Of a stretch of 64,000 nucleotides of DNA, positions 13,074-24,629 are shown piece after piece. The notes under the pieces were generated by a model. That model had not been told where the DNA came from. It saw only the letters and a program-made list of their open reading frames with translations, and did no database searches. Position 1 is the stretch's first letter. Each line of letters opens with the position of its first letter. The DNA is taken from assembly GCA_951406725.2 (NCBI GenBank), contig OX597831.1:31496001-31560000 (forward strand), given 5' to 3'. A program made the position numbers and the translations under genes. The stretch comes from Octopus vulgaris (Eukaryota).

Positions 13074-13545
13074 TAAGTAATTAAGGGTTTAGCAACGATT
13101 TGCCTCACCACACACCGAATTTAGAAATAGCAGTCAAAGAGTTATGGCTATTCTTTCTACTTAAAAGGGAGATCCCAGTAAAACCACAGCACTTAAAAGG
13201 CAAACAACGCAGGCAAAAGAGAAAGAAACGACGACAATCATTCTATATTAAGTCACCTACGGACGTACGTTTCAAAATTAAGTCATAGGAAAGCATAAAA
13301 ATTAAATAATTATGTCTTACCCAACTATTTTTCTCTTCAGCGTAGGACTCTTGAAGGCACTAGAAGACATCACCTCAACTCATGGTATCAGAGCGAGCGT
13401 AAGCCATTACCAGTACCACCAAATTCAAAGGGTGAATGAAAGTATGTCACCATCCCCCCTCTACCAGCGTACTGCCAGAATAAGATGCTACGTTTTTTTT
13501 ACTGGGATGAAATATAATTATCAATAATAATATAGGGTGAAATTA
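13073..13545 (-). mobile_element. About 470-bp non-coding element carrying the hammerhead, inserted in (TA)n; probable Penelope-like terminal repeat or non-autonomous derivative
   Basis: Complex sequence bounded on both sides by (TA)n, with an internal hammerhead motif and no real ORF. Confidence 0.55.
13256..13346 (-). ncRNA. Type I hammerhead ribozyme motif (Penelope-like/retrozyme type)
   Basis: The minus strand reads CCUACG-CUGAAGA-[60-nt imperfect stem II]-GAAA-CGUACG-UC-CGUAGG. This gives a 6-bp stem I, an intact core, a palindromic stem III and a GUC cleavage triplet. Confidence 0.8.
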
Positions 13546-13671
13546 TATATATATGTATAAATTGGAGAGAGGGTTATTCATTCATACACTCACCCACAAT
13601 TTTATCACTCTTAAACTTGTGAGTTTCTATTAATTTAATATTATCTGTTTTCATGCATGTAAATACACTTA

Positions 13672-13711
<40 letters not shown>

Positions 13712-14309
13712 TTGTTCTTTCTTACTAAAAATATAGGACTGCTTAAGAAGTGCTTGGGTCGAACCCAAGGCAAAAGATAAGAATTAAGATATAAACTCAA
13801 ATTAAGCAATCATACTCATACAGTTATAAATTTGACTTAAAATGTGCACACATATGTTAATACAAATCGACACATGAATATTTTTTTTTAATATTTATAA
13901 AATACAAATATACATAAAATACACGTAAATAAAACCCATGTGGCATATGTATGAAAGGAAGTGTGAGAAAAAGAGAACTGATAAAAAATTTTTTGTACTG
14001 AAATTAAGAGCTGTTAAGAGTTTCAATTAAAAGACCCAAAGAAATCGATGTTTTTTTTTTAAAGAAACATATAAATGGTATATAAGGTATATAATAGAGT
14101 TCAAGAAAGTCCACTTTCTCTTGCTGTTTCCAGAGTTCATGTCTTGGTAAAAAAAATTAATAAACAATCTTACAAACCATGTTGACAATGTCCCCTTCAT
14201 CAGGAAAGGTATCATCATAAAATCACTTCCTTCATAATTTTTGATTCTTACAGATTAATGGATATATAATTAAAAAAAAAAATTCATCTTCCTGTTGTCT
14301 ATATATAAA

Positions 14310-14680
14310 CAACAGGAAGATGAAAAGAACTGGCTTTAATTACAAGCTTCCACATTTGTTTCTGTGCTGTAACACCAGCTTTAAGTTGATGAGTTTTGAT
14401 TCTCTTACTATTACATTAGATTATTTTCTAAATAGTTATTTAAATAAATATGATTCAGCAACAGCTGTGTGCCTGTACAATCTTAAGGCACTTACCAATC
14501 TTCGTGAAGTACCAGCACACAGCTGATGTTGAATCATGTTTCTTTATATAACTATTTAGAAAATCATCTAATTTAACAGAGAGAGGATGAAAACTCAGCA
14601 ACTTAAAGAAGCTAGTGCAAGAGCACAGAAACAAATGCTGCAATTTGTAATTAAAGCCTGTTTTCTCCATCTTCATGTTG
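14310..14680. repeat. Long imperfect inverted repeat (arms 14310-14478 and 14509-14680, 30-nt spacer)
   Basis: The arms are reverse complements, roughly 80% identical by eye. The ORF track gives homologous peptides on opposite strands. Confidence 0.9.
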
Positions 14681-15216
14681 TGTATGTATGGAAGGCGTGT
14701 TACAGCACTGACGATGAAATCGTTTCGATATGCAACTGAACCTTTTAAAAGAATTTTTCTTTGTTTATTCCCTCAACTTCAGCACGTGTGTATGTTTGAA
14801 AAAGTAGTTTCACTTTAGAGTCCCTTTCTGGTGTTACATAACTGGAGTCCATGCCAGTGGCGTGTAAAATGCACCCACTACACTGTTGGTGATAGGAAGG
14901 GCATCCAAATCAGATTGGAACTTGGTGCCGCTTACCAGTTTTCAGTCAAACCATCCAGTCCATGCCAGCATGGAAAACAGACTTTAAATGATGATGATGA
15001 TGATGCACACACATACACACGCTTCCATCCCTGGGCCCTCAACTCTTTATAGTTTTACAGGAGTAACACCAATACATATTGCTCATATTAGTTATTTTAA
15101 ACCTGACAGGAATCATTCAGGTCTTTGTTTGAACACATCTGATTACTGCAGACGTGGAATTAATAATGCAAGGCATTTTATCCAATGTTCAAAGACACTG
15201 CCTTTTCTCTCGCACA

Positions 15217-15251
<35 letters not shown>

Positions 15252-15255
<4 letters not shown>

Positions 15256-15951
15256 AAATATGCTGTGCTTGAGAAGACCTGGCAAGCCAAATGAGACCAT
15301 AACCCGTGGCCTATGCCAGGAGCGTAACCAGCCCACTTATGCGTACCTTTTCCTTCTTTGGACACTAAACTCTGCTTGCGAAGACCTGTTGAGGCAAGTG
15401 AAATCAAAATCAAATTCGATGACTGGCACCTGTGCTAGCGGGGTGCAAAGAGCACCATACGAGTGTGATCGTTGACAGAGCGGCTAACTGGCTTCCATGC
15501 CAGTGGCACATAAAAGGCACCATTCGAGTGTGATCGTTACCAGCATCACCTTACTGGCACTTGTGCCTGTGCTAGTAGAGTGCCAAGAGCACCATCCGAG
15601 CGTGATCGTTGCCAGAGCGGCTAACTGGCTTCCACGTCGGTGGCACGTAAAAGGGCACCATTCAAGCATGATCGTTACCAGCATTGCCTTACTGGCACCT
15701 GTGCCAGTGGAATGTTTAAAAAGATTTGAGTGAGGTCATTGCCAGTACCACCTGACTGGCCCCTGTGCCGGTGGCACGTAAAAAGCACCCACTACACTCT
15801 TCGAGTGGTTGGCATTAGGAAGGGCATCCAGCTGTAGAAACTGTGCCAGATCAAGATTGGAGCCTGGTGCAACCATCTGGTTCGCCAGCCCTCAGTCAAA
15901 ATCGTCCAACCCATGCTAGCATGGAAAGCGGATGTTAAACGATGATGATGA
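15252..15951 (+). mobile_element. 3' end of the same RTE LINE family, with internal tandem repeats and (GAT)n tail
   Basis: Homologous (inverted) to 21590-22023. Contains repeated gtggcacgtaaaaggcaccattcgagcgtgatcgttaccag units and ends in ccaacccatgctagcatggaaagcggatgttaaac(gat)n. Confidence 0.85.
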
Positions 15952-16756
15952 TATAGACATAATAAATGAAAAATGTATTGTAAATAAATGACAGATAAAA
16001 AGCATATTTGTATATGACACAGGGGTCCCCTAACTCTTTGTTAGTTATCAGCCAGAATGGTAATATTCAATTTCGCACCTTTACAACACATTTTTTCATT
16101 TATTAGTAACGGTACACAACATGCACCAGACTGTTTATTAATAGTAAGTTTACATATATACATACATACACAGATATGTGTATACATATGTATGTACACT
16201 TATCTATAGAGACATATAAGCCTACCTACACATATACATATGGTTTGTGTATATATATATGTATATATGCAATGATTTGATATATATATATATATATATA
16301 TATACATACACATACACATATATATATATATATATATGTGTGTGTATGTGCCCATATGCACCCATGCACTTATATACATAGTGAATGTCGCCTTAATCTA
16401 CCCAGATCTATGTCTGCTACACCCAAACACTATCCTCTATGCCAACAGTTGACCTTTTTTCCATCCACCATTGATAAAACATAATGTTGCATTGAAGCAA
16501 GAAACCAACGCAGAATCTGGGGGAAAACAACATAAATATTGTTTCGTATACATACGTACATAAATATACACACATACAGGCATACATGTAAGTGTGTGTG
16601 TGTGTGTGTGTGTGTGGCAACTAGGCACATATATGAATCTCTGAGTACATCTTAATTCATTTAATCATGGCCTTTAATCGAGGTATTTATTCACTCACAC
16701 ATGCACACTTAGACACACACACACTCACAGATAGATAGATAGATAGATAGATAGAT

Positions 16757-17495
16757 ATGTTTCTTTATTAGCCACACAGGGCTGAACACAGAGGGGACAA
16801 ATTACAAAGTAGAGCTTTTCTTTTTGGGGAGGAAAAAAAAAACGATCAATAGGGATTGTGTATCACAGAAATGTAATGATGTAAAGTGTAAAGGGGGAAG
16901 CAGATAAGGTTTATCCATGGAAAGAAAAAGAAAAGACCACGGTAACCTCAGTCAATAATGTCACATGTTAACATATTTATTTGCAAGTAAGTAACTCTGT
17001 TTTAAAGTTTTCTGGGTTCAACTACTTGAAGAAGTTGATGAGAGATTGACCAGATAGGAAAGTGTTTGTCTCTAATCCTTTCAGATGCGTCCAAATACAT
17101 TCTTTCACCATAGCCACAAGTATGATGAAAATAGCTTTTCCTTCCCGTTTGAGGGAAGGAGGCGTGACAATATTGATGATAGACTCGGCTGATAAACCGA
17201 CTTGTCCCACACGATAGCAATCGTTCGACATAAGCCCACAGGTCGGAAATGGTTGGACACTGCACGAGTGCGTGCAGAACGGTTTCGTCACTCTTATCAC
17301 ATCTCAGGCAGGTCGGCCCTGTGTTTCTCGAGCTGTGTCTGTAGAGCTTATCCTGAACAGGTAGCACTGCCAGGCCAGGGATCTCTGGAAGTTTTCCATA
17401 GGTCCCGGCCCGAAAGTCGTCTTGAACAGGCGGGTCAGGTATTCCTTGTCGACGCCCAGGTTCGCCCCAAGTTCGTCGTCGTACCTCCCCTCCAC
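16757..17495 (-). mobile_element. 5'-truncated non-LTR retrotransposon (Tx1/L1 clade), ORF2 C-terminal zinc-binding region plus 3' UTR
   Basis: Frameshifted peptide LAWQCY..LPVQDKLYRH..TCLRCDKSDETVLHALVQCPTISDLW, a zf-RVT-like CxxC..ET..H...C motif. AATAAA lies near the 3' end and (GATA)n flanks both sides. Confidence 0.85.
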
Positions 17496-17551
17496 ATAGA
17501 CAGAGAGACAGGCAGATAGAGAGATATAGATAGACAGGCAGATAGATAGAG

Positions 17552-17594
<43 letters not shown>

Positions 17595-17825
17595 GAGGCA
17601 GGTAGATGGCTAGATAGATAGACAGAGAGACAAGCAGATAACTAGATAGATAGACAGAGAGGCAGGCAGATAGCTAGATAGATAGACAGACAAGCAGATA
17701 GACAGACAGACACAGACAGGCAGATAGACAGATTGATAGTTAGATAGACAGGCAGATAGATAGATAAATGGCTAGATTGAGATATAGATAGACAGAGAGG
17801 CAGGCAGATAGATAGGTAGATAAAC
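17496..17825. repeat. (GATA/GACA)n compound microsatellite
   Basis: Seen directly in the sequence. Confidence 0.95.
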
Positions 17826-18021
17826 AGACACACATGCACACATATAACCACATACATACAGACATGTATAGAATGCAAAAAGGAAGAATACTAAGAAACC
17901 AATACTCCTCCCGTTTCTCTTATATTTCCCAATTCAAATTTTCTGTTTATATTTTTTCTCCTCCCTATAATTAGAGAAATAAAATAAATAATAGATGATG
18001 CTTTATTTCAGCTTTAGTTCA

Positions 18022-18077
<56 letters not shown>

Positions 18078-18344
18078 GTCTTGTATACGTGTGTGTATGT
18101 GCATTTGTTCTTATCAAATGAATTTCTAATTAATTTTCTTCCTATTTTTCATTTGAATCGTTAGATCAAAAATCTTGCTCGAAATAGTTTTATTTCATCA
18201 TATTATATTACTTTCTGGGAAATAACATAAACTTCACAATTTCCCGTTTTCGTCACCACTGTGGAAACTTGATATTACATGCTTCCTTAAATTCCAGCAG
18301 TGTTTGAAGAGGACTAACACCAATCACTCATTTTATGTCATCTT

Positions 18345-18992
18345 TTTATCTTTTATCTATTCTGGTCGTTTGACTGTGGCCATGCTGGGGCACTGCCTTG
18401 AAGAACTTTTAGTGGAATGGATCACTCCCAGGACTTTTGTTTTCTTTTTTTTTTTTTAAGCATGGTATTTATTCTATTGGCCTTTCTTGTTGAACTGGTA
18501 AGTTACTAGGATGTAAACATGCCTACACCAGTTGTCAAATGGTGGACACATGTACACATTTATATATATAAATATATACATATCATGGGCTACTTTCAGT
18601 TTCCATCTATTAAGTACCTATTTCTTTACTACCCACAAGGGGCTAAACACAGAGAGGACAAACAAGGACAGACAAACGGATTAAGTTGATTATATCGACC
18701 CCAGTGCGTAACTGGTACTTAATTTGTCGACCCCGAAAGGATGAAAGGCAAAGTCAACCTCGGCAGAATTTGAACTCAGAACGTAGCGGCAGACGAAATA
18801 CTGCTAAGCATTTCGCCCGGCGTGCTAACGTTTCTGCCAGCTCGCCGCCTAGTTTTATTAAGTACCCTCAAGGCTTTAGCCAGCCTGCAGCTCTAGTAAA
18901 AGGTACTTGCCCAAGGTGACACATAGTGGGACTGAACCAGGAACCATGTGGTTGGAAAGCTAACTTCTTAACATACAGCCATGCCTGTGCCT
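18345..18992 (-). mobile_element. SINE family A with nested SINE family B (18618-18849)
   Basis: Family A sequence is split at about 18610/18860 by a complete, little-diverged family B copy. ttaagtacc occurs on both sides. Confidence 0.8.
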
Positions 18993-19446
18993 ATGTTTGA
19001 TTTTTTTTTTTTTTTAATCTTTTAGTCAGGTGGGAAGGCAGTGCCTATGTCTCTGGTCCTTCAAGACTACTAGGAGGGAGGGAAGAAACTGGATATCTAA
19101 CCTATATGCTTGCCTAATATTAATATATTCATGACTTCAAAAGTCATGAATATCACAAATTCTTATTCTCTAAAAATTCATGTCACTGAGAAACACTCGG
19201 AATTGGAAAGGCCAGTGGCACTTTCCCTTCATCCAGAGTCAGTAAAAAAATTTTTTTTAATTAATCAAAAGAGCTGTGATCTTGTATTTTTGTTGGTCAT
19301 TTGATTTCAGTACAAACTTTGTGCTTATTTTGTATGTTCCTTGGATTGTTTCACCCTTAAACCAAGCAGCTCTGGTTTAACTTTTATTACATGACATACA
19401 AAAATAAAAACTATTCCCGGATTAGAGCAAATGTAAGCCATTTGAC

Positions 19447-19763
19447 GTGGAGGCATGTGGCCTAGTGGTTAGAGCAGCGGACTCGCGGTCGAGGGATTGC
19501 GGGTTCAAATCTTGGACCGAACGATGTGTGTGTTTATGAGCGGAACACCTAAGCTCCACGCGGCTCCGGCAGAAGGTAATAGCGAAACTTCTGCTGACTC
19601 TTTCGCCACAACTTTCTCTCACTCTTTCCTCCTGCATCTTGCAGTTCCCCTGCGATGGACTGGCGTCCCGTCCAGGTGGGGAACCTATATGCCAAGAAAC
19701 CGGGAAACTGGCCCTTATGAGCCAGGAATGGCTCGAGAAGGAACAAACTAAAAAAAACTAAAC
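19447..19763 (+). mobile_element. SINE family D with perfect 13-bp TSD
   Basis: A box tggcctagtggtt, B box ggttcaaatc and an A-rich tail. TAAGCCATTTGAC occurs at 19434-19446 and 19764-19776. It contains cctgcgatggactggcgtcccgtccagg, which resembles the V-SINE domain. Confidence 0.85.
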
Positions 19764-21589
19764 TAAGCCATTTGACACCAATCCATCTGAGACTGTTCTT
19801 GGTCTATGGTACAAACTTGCTGTTTAAAATATCTACATTAAATCTTTTTATACTGATTGCATGTTCCAAATGTCAGATTGATAACGGCAAAATTATTTTA
19901 CTAAATTCTTCAACATTTTCAAAATTAATTGAAACAAAAGCAGTAGAATTCATCAGAAGAACAAAATATGGTAACAAAAGAGTTAAAATGATGGTTTTTC
20001 TGTTCTGGAATACAGAAAGAGGAAACGAAGCATTGAGAACTTGGAACGTGGAGTCAGAATATTGTATGTGTGAAATGTTAAAGCATTTGATTCCAAGGAA
20101 GATTTAGGGGCCGATTGTATTGAGGAGTTGGTCATGTGGTGCTATAAGAAGCTGATTGTTTCATTCACTGTTTAGACTGATGTTTTGCGAGTTTCTTCCA
20201 TCTTCATGTAAAGATTAGAATCGATAATCTAATGTTATTGATTGATTGTGTAATACACATGCATGCACACATGTGTGTATGTCTATATATATATATCTGT
20301 GTGTGTGTGTGTGTGTATATGTGTGAGTGTAGGCATGTATATCAATGTATGTATGTATATATGTGTGTATATACACATGTGCATGTATTTGTATGTATAC
20401 ACATGCACATATTTAAATTGAATAAACCCACCTGTTTCATTAACTTCTCTTCACATAAGTGATTTAATTTTGTTTTGACTTTTCGCAACAAAAACTGCAA
20501 AACTAACAAAAACAATAACAAGAAACACAACCTTCATCGATGATTAAATTTGTTGAACTTCACACACCCCTACATGGTGGTGGTGGTGGTGGTGGTTGAG
20601 GTGGGAGAATTAGTTTACCCTCAAATAACCCATATGGGTGGGTTAAAGTAATTTAACGATGGGGTGGGTGGATTAATTCAACCTCATACACACGACATGG
20701 GGAAAGGGTTAAATTAGTTTAACTCTGTGTACTCCACATGGGTGGTTGAATTTACTTCATCTCCCATACACCACATGAATGGTTCACTTCCCACCAGTAC
20801 ACATGCCCTGGATTAGGTTTTTTTTTTTTTTTTTTTCCTATATGCTTCATTTGATTTCCTGCTTTTTGGTTGGGGTGGAGGGTAGGGCGGTCTTATAGTT
20901 GGAAAGTGAAAAACTGAATCTGAAATTCTGAAAAGTTTTATTTTTATTTTTGATTTTAATGATTTTTCTCATAAGAAATGGCAAGAAATCTGGAGAGAAA
21001 CGAAGAAAAATGATACAAAAAGACAAAACTTGTTTTCAGCTGGATTTCCATTGAATAACAATATTGATTTTTCTTTTTCTTTTTTTTTTTTTTTTTGTCT
21101 ACAGTTATGAAACCTCTGCTATGTAACGGGAGGGTGTGATGTGATGTAACATTTATGCCTTTGCTCAAGAAATTTAGATACATATGAAATGGTTCCAGTT
21201 GGGTATTGAACCTGTTATCAAGGACTTGGGTTTACTGAGGAAATACTCAATTATTCCAAAATGAAATTAATAATAATGTTGGTGGATTTTGCATTTTTTA
21301 AAACTAAAAATGAATGCTGTGTGTTTTAACCCTTCACCATTCAGATTATTCTGTCAAATGTAATGCTTGTTTATTCAGTGTTTTGAGTTAATCCGGGATT
21401 ATCTCATAGCTTCAGGATTTTGATGATGTGAGTGTTTAATTTTAGAATGACATTGTAGGACATGTGTGAGAAGCAAGACCTGGCCAGTTTGAACATAAAG
21501 CAGGTAGAATATTTTGGCATCAGGCTCTAATCTAATGCCAACCACTCCGAGAATGTAGGTGCTCCGAGAATGTAGTAGGTTTACGTGGG

Positions 21590-22475
21590 TCAATCAGGTG
21601 GTACTGACAACGGCCACACTTAAGTGGTGGTTTTTACGTGCCACCTGCACAGGAGCCAGTCCAGCGGCAATGGCAACAACCTCACTCAAATGTTTTTCAC
21701 GTGCCACCGACACAAGTGCCAGTAAAGCGACACTGGTAATGATCACGTTCAAATGGTGCTTTTTCCGTGCCACCAGCATAGAAGCCAGTTTGCTGCTCTG
21801 CCTGCGATCATGCTTGGATGGTGCTCTTAGCACTCCACTGGCACGAAAGCCAGTCATCGAATTTGATTTGATTTCAATTTCACTTGCCTCAACAGGTCTT
21901 CGCAAGCAGAGTTTAGTGTCCAATGAAGGAAAGGTACACATAAGTGGGCTGGTTACACACCTGGCATAGGCCATGGGTTATGGTCTCACTTGGTTTGCCA
22001 GGTCTTCTCACAGCATATTTCCAAAGGTCTCAGTCACTAGTCATTGCTTCAGTGAGGCCTAATGTTCGAAGGTCGTGCTTCACCACCTCATTCCAGGTCT
22101 TCCTGGGTCTACCTCTTCTACAGGTTCCCTCAACCGCAAGGGTGTGGCACTTTTTCACACAGCTATCCTCATCTATTCTTACCACATGACTATACCAGCA
22201 CAGTCATCTCTCTTGCACACCACATCTGATGCTTCCAACTTTTCTCTCAAGGTACTTACACTCTGTCAAGTATGCACACTGACATTACACATCCATCGGA
22301 TCATACTAGCTTCATTCCTCGTGAGCATATGCATATCCTCAGCAGTCACAGCCCATGTTTCACTGCCATGTAGCATGGCTGTTCATACGCATGCGTCACA
22401 CAGTCTACCTTTTACTCTGAGCGAGAGGCCCTTTATCACCAGCAGAGGTAAGAGCTCTCTGAACTTTGCCCTGGC
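21590..22475 (-). mobile_element. RTE-clade LINE fragment (ORF2 C-terminus plus 3' UTR repeats)
   Basis: Minus-strand peptides RAKFRELLPLL..KGLSLRVKGRL, AMLHGSETW, HVVRIDEDSCVKK and RRGRPRKTWNEVVKHDL, with stops and frameshifts. Confidence 0.88.
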
Positions 22476-22841
22476 TAATGATGATGATGATAATAATAAT
22501 AATAATCTGACAACAGTATATATATATATATATACACATGACGGACTTCTTTCAGTTTCCATCTACTAAATCCACTCACAAGGCTTTGGTTGACTCAAGG
22601 CCATAGTGGAAGACGCTTGCTGAACATGCCACATTGTGTGACTGAACCCAGAACCATGTGGTTGAAAAGCAAACTTCTTACCACAGAGCCATTCCTGCAC
22701 CTACATGCAGAAAATACTCCTTTAACATTGACTAAATTCTGCTGGTATTAAGTTTACAAATCCCTCAAATTTAGCCCCCATCCCCAAGTCAAAGCCCCCC
22801 CCCCCCTCTCTCACACACACACATACACAAATTGAGCTCAC

Positions 22842-23120
22842 CTGTCTATCTATCTATCTATCTCTATCTATTGGTCTGTTTATTTGTCTGTCTGTCTATT
22901 GGTCTGCCTATCTATCTGTCTGTTGATCGATCAATCTGTGTATCTATCTGTCTTTTTGTCGATCTATCTATCGATCTGCCTATCTATCTATTGATCTGCC
23001 TATCTGTCTATTTATTAATCTGTCTATCTATCGATCTGTCTATCTTTCAGTCTATCATCTATCTATCAATCTGTCTGTCTGTCTATCTAGCTATTGATCT
23101 GTTGTCTATCTGTCATTCTG

Positions 23121-23187
<67 letters not shown>

Positions 23188-23190
23188 GTG
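22842..23190. repeat. (TATC/TGTC)n compound microsatellite
   Basis: Seen directly in the sequence. Confidence 0.95.
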
Positions 23191-23405
23191 TATCTATCAA
23201 TGTCTCTGTCCATTTATACCTGTCTTACCATCTTACATCTATCTCTGCTGATGTCTATATATCTCTCCATATATGTCAGTCTAACTTTCACACTCTCTCA
23301 TAGCCATCTATCTCTATAATTGTATAGCAGTTTGTTTGAAGCCAGTTTTATTTCATACACACACACACACATACACACGTGTGTGTTCATGTGTGTGTAT
23401 GTAAC

Positions 23406-23444
<39 letters not shown>

Positions 23445-24189
23445 TACATTCACACAAACACATATAGATACATACATATATATACGTGTGTGGAGCATTG
23501 CTCAACAGCATTTATCAGAATTAGAAACCTGCTTATCTTGGAAATAGAATTTCACTGCCTGCTTGCTGTATCCCTTGGTTACAGGATCTGATGCTGCCTG
23601 TTTAGCTGATCTCACTGGGGTAGATGGGTAGGTGGATGGCAAAGCTTCTAGTCTGCTCTTGTTACAGGTGGGTAAACCATTCTTCCACTGGTTGACCTTT
23701 ACATTTGGAACAGCACAAATGTTCAAGAATCTTCTCTTTTCATGCTGTCTTTGGTTTCTTCTTTTGTTTGTTGTTTCTTTTTTACACTCCTCCCTTATCT
23801 TCCTTTTTTTGTTTTTTCTTTATCTATTTAGAGAGAAAGAGAGAGAAAGAGAATTTTATTATTTTATTCATTATTTTCTCTTATTTTCTTTATAGTTTTT
23901 TTTTCTTTATATATATATATTTATGTTTATAATTTTAATTATTTTTCTGTGTGTGTGTAGGAAATATAAAAGTGTGTATGTGTCTATATATATCTCTGTT
24001 TATTATGTTTTTGTGTTTTTATCCTGCTTCTCTCTCCCTCTGTCTTTCTCACCCCCATCTCTCTCTCTATTGCTCCTACTCTCTCTCTCTATCGCTCCTC
24101 TCTCTCTCTCTTTATCACTCCCCCCTCTCTCTCTCTCTCTTTATCACTCCCTCTCTCTCTCTCTTTATCGCTCCCGCCCCTCTCTCCCT

Positions 24190-24265
<76 letters not shown>

Positions 24266-24381
24266 TGAGGGTAATATAAATGAATATTTTCAAAGAGGAA
24301 GAATTTACGGATTTTTTCTCTTATGAGGTTTTTCAAGCTGACTACTGATAATTTCTTTTAAAGATTTTATCCTCAATTGTT

Positions 24382-24424
<43 letters not shown>

Positions 24425-24629
24425 CAACTGTTCTCTCTGTCTTTAAATTTTACTTTCCACTTACAAAAATGTTCCATGCAGTTTCATTCTGCAGAGATTG
24501 TGTACACACACACACACATCAAAGACCAAAGAAAGTTTTATAAAACAAAGGACCAAATGGTGCTTCAGTTCTCCTCAGATTAAAGAATCTTGATCTGCTT
24601 TACAAGATATTTCAGGGGATTAGAATGAC

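Noticed and set aside
14320-14676. Pair of similar convergent ORFs (68 and 73 aa)
   Set aside because: The similarity follows from the inverted repeat. There is no recognisable domain or splice context.
14703-14740. Hammerhead-like CTGACGA-tGAAAtcgTTTC-GATA-TGCA
   Set aside because: GAAA is replaced by GATA and there is no clear UH or stem I. At best it is a decayed relic.
15420-15790. Repeat-spacer-like array resembling CRISPR
   Set aside because: The units are degenerate tandem repeats in an RTE LINE 3' UTR. The DNA is eukaryotic and there are no cas genes.
19447-19520. tRNA gene
   Set aside because: A and B boxes are present, but the acceptor and anticodon stems do not close. It continues into a SINE body with a TSD.
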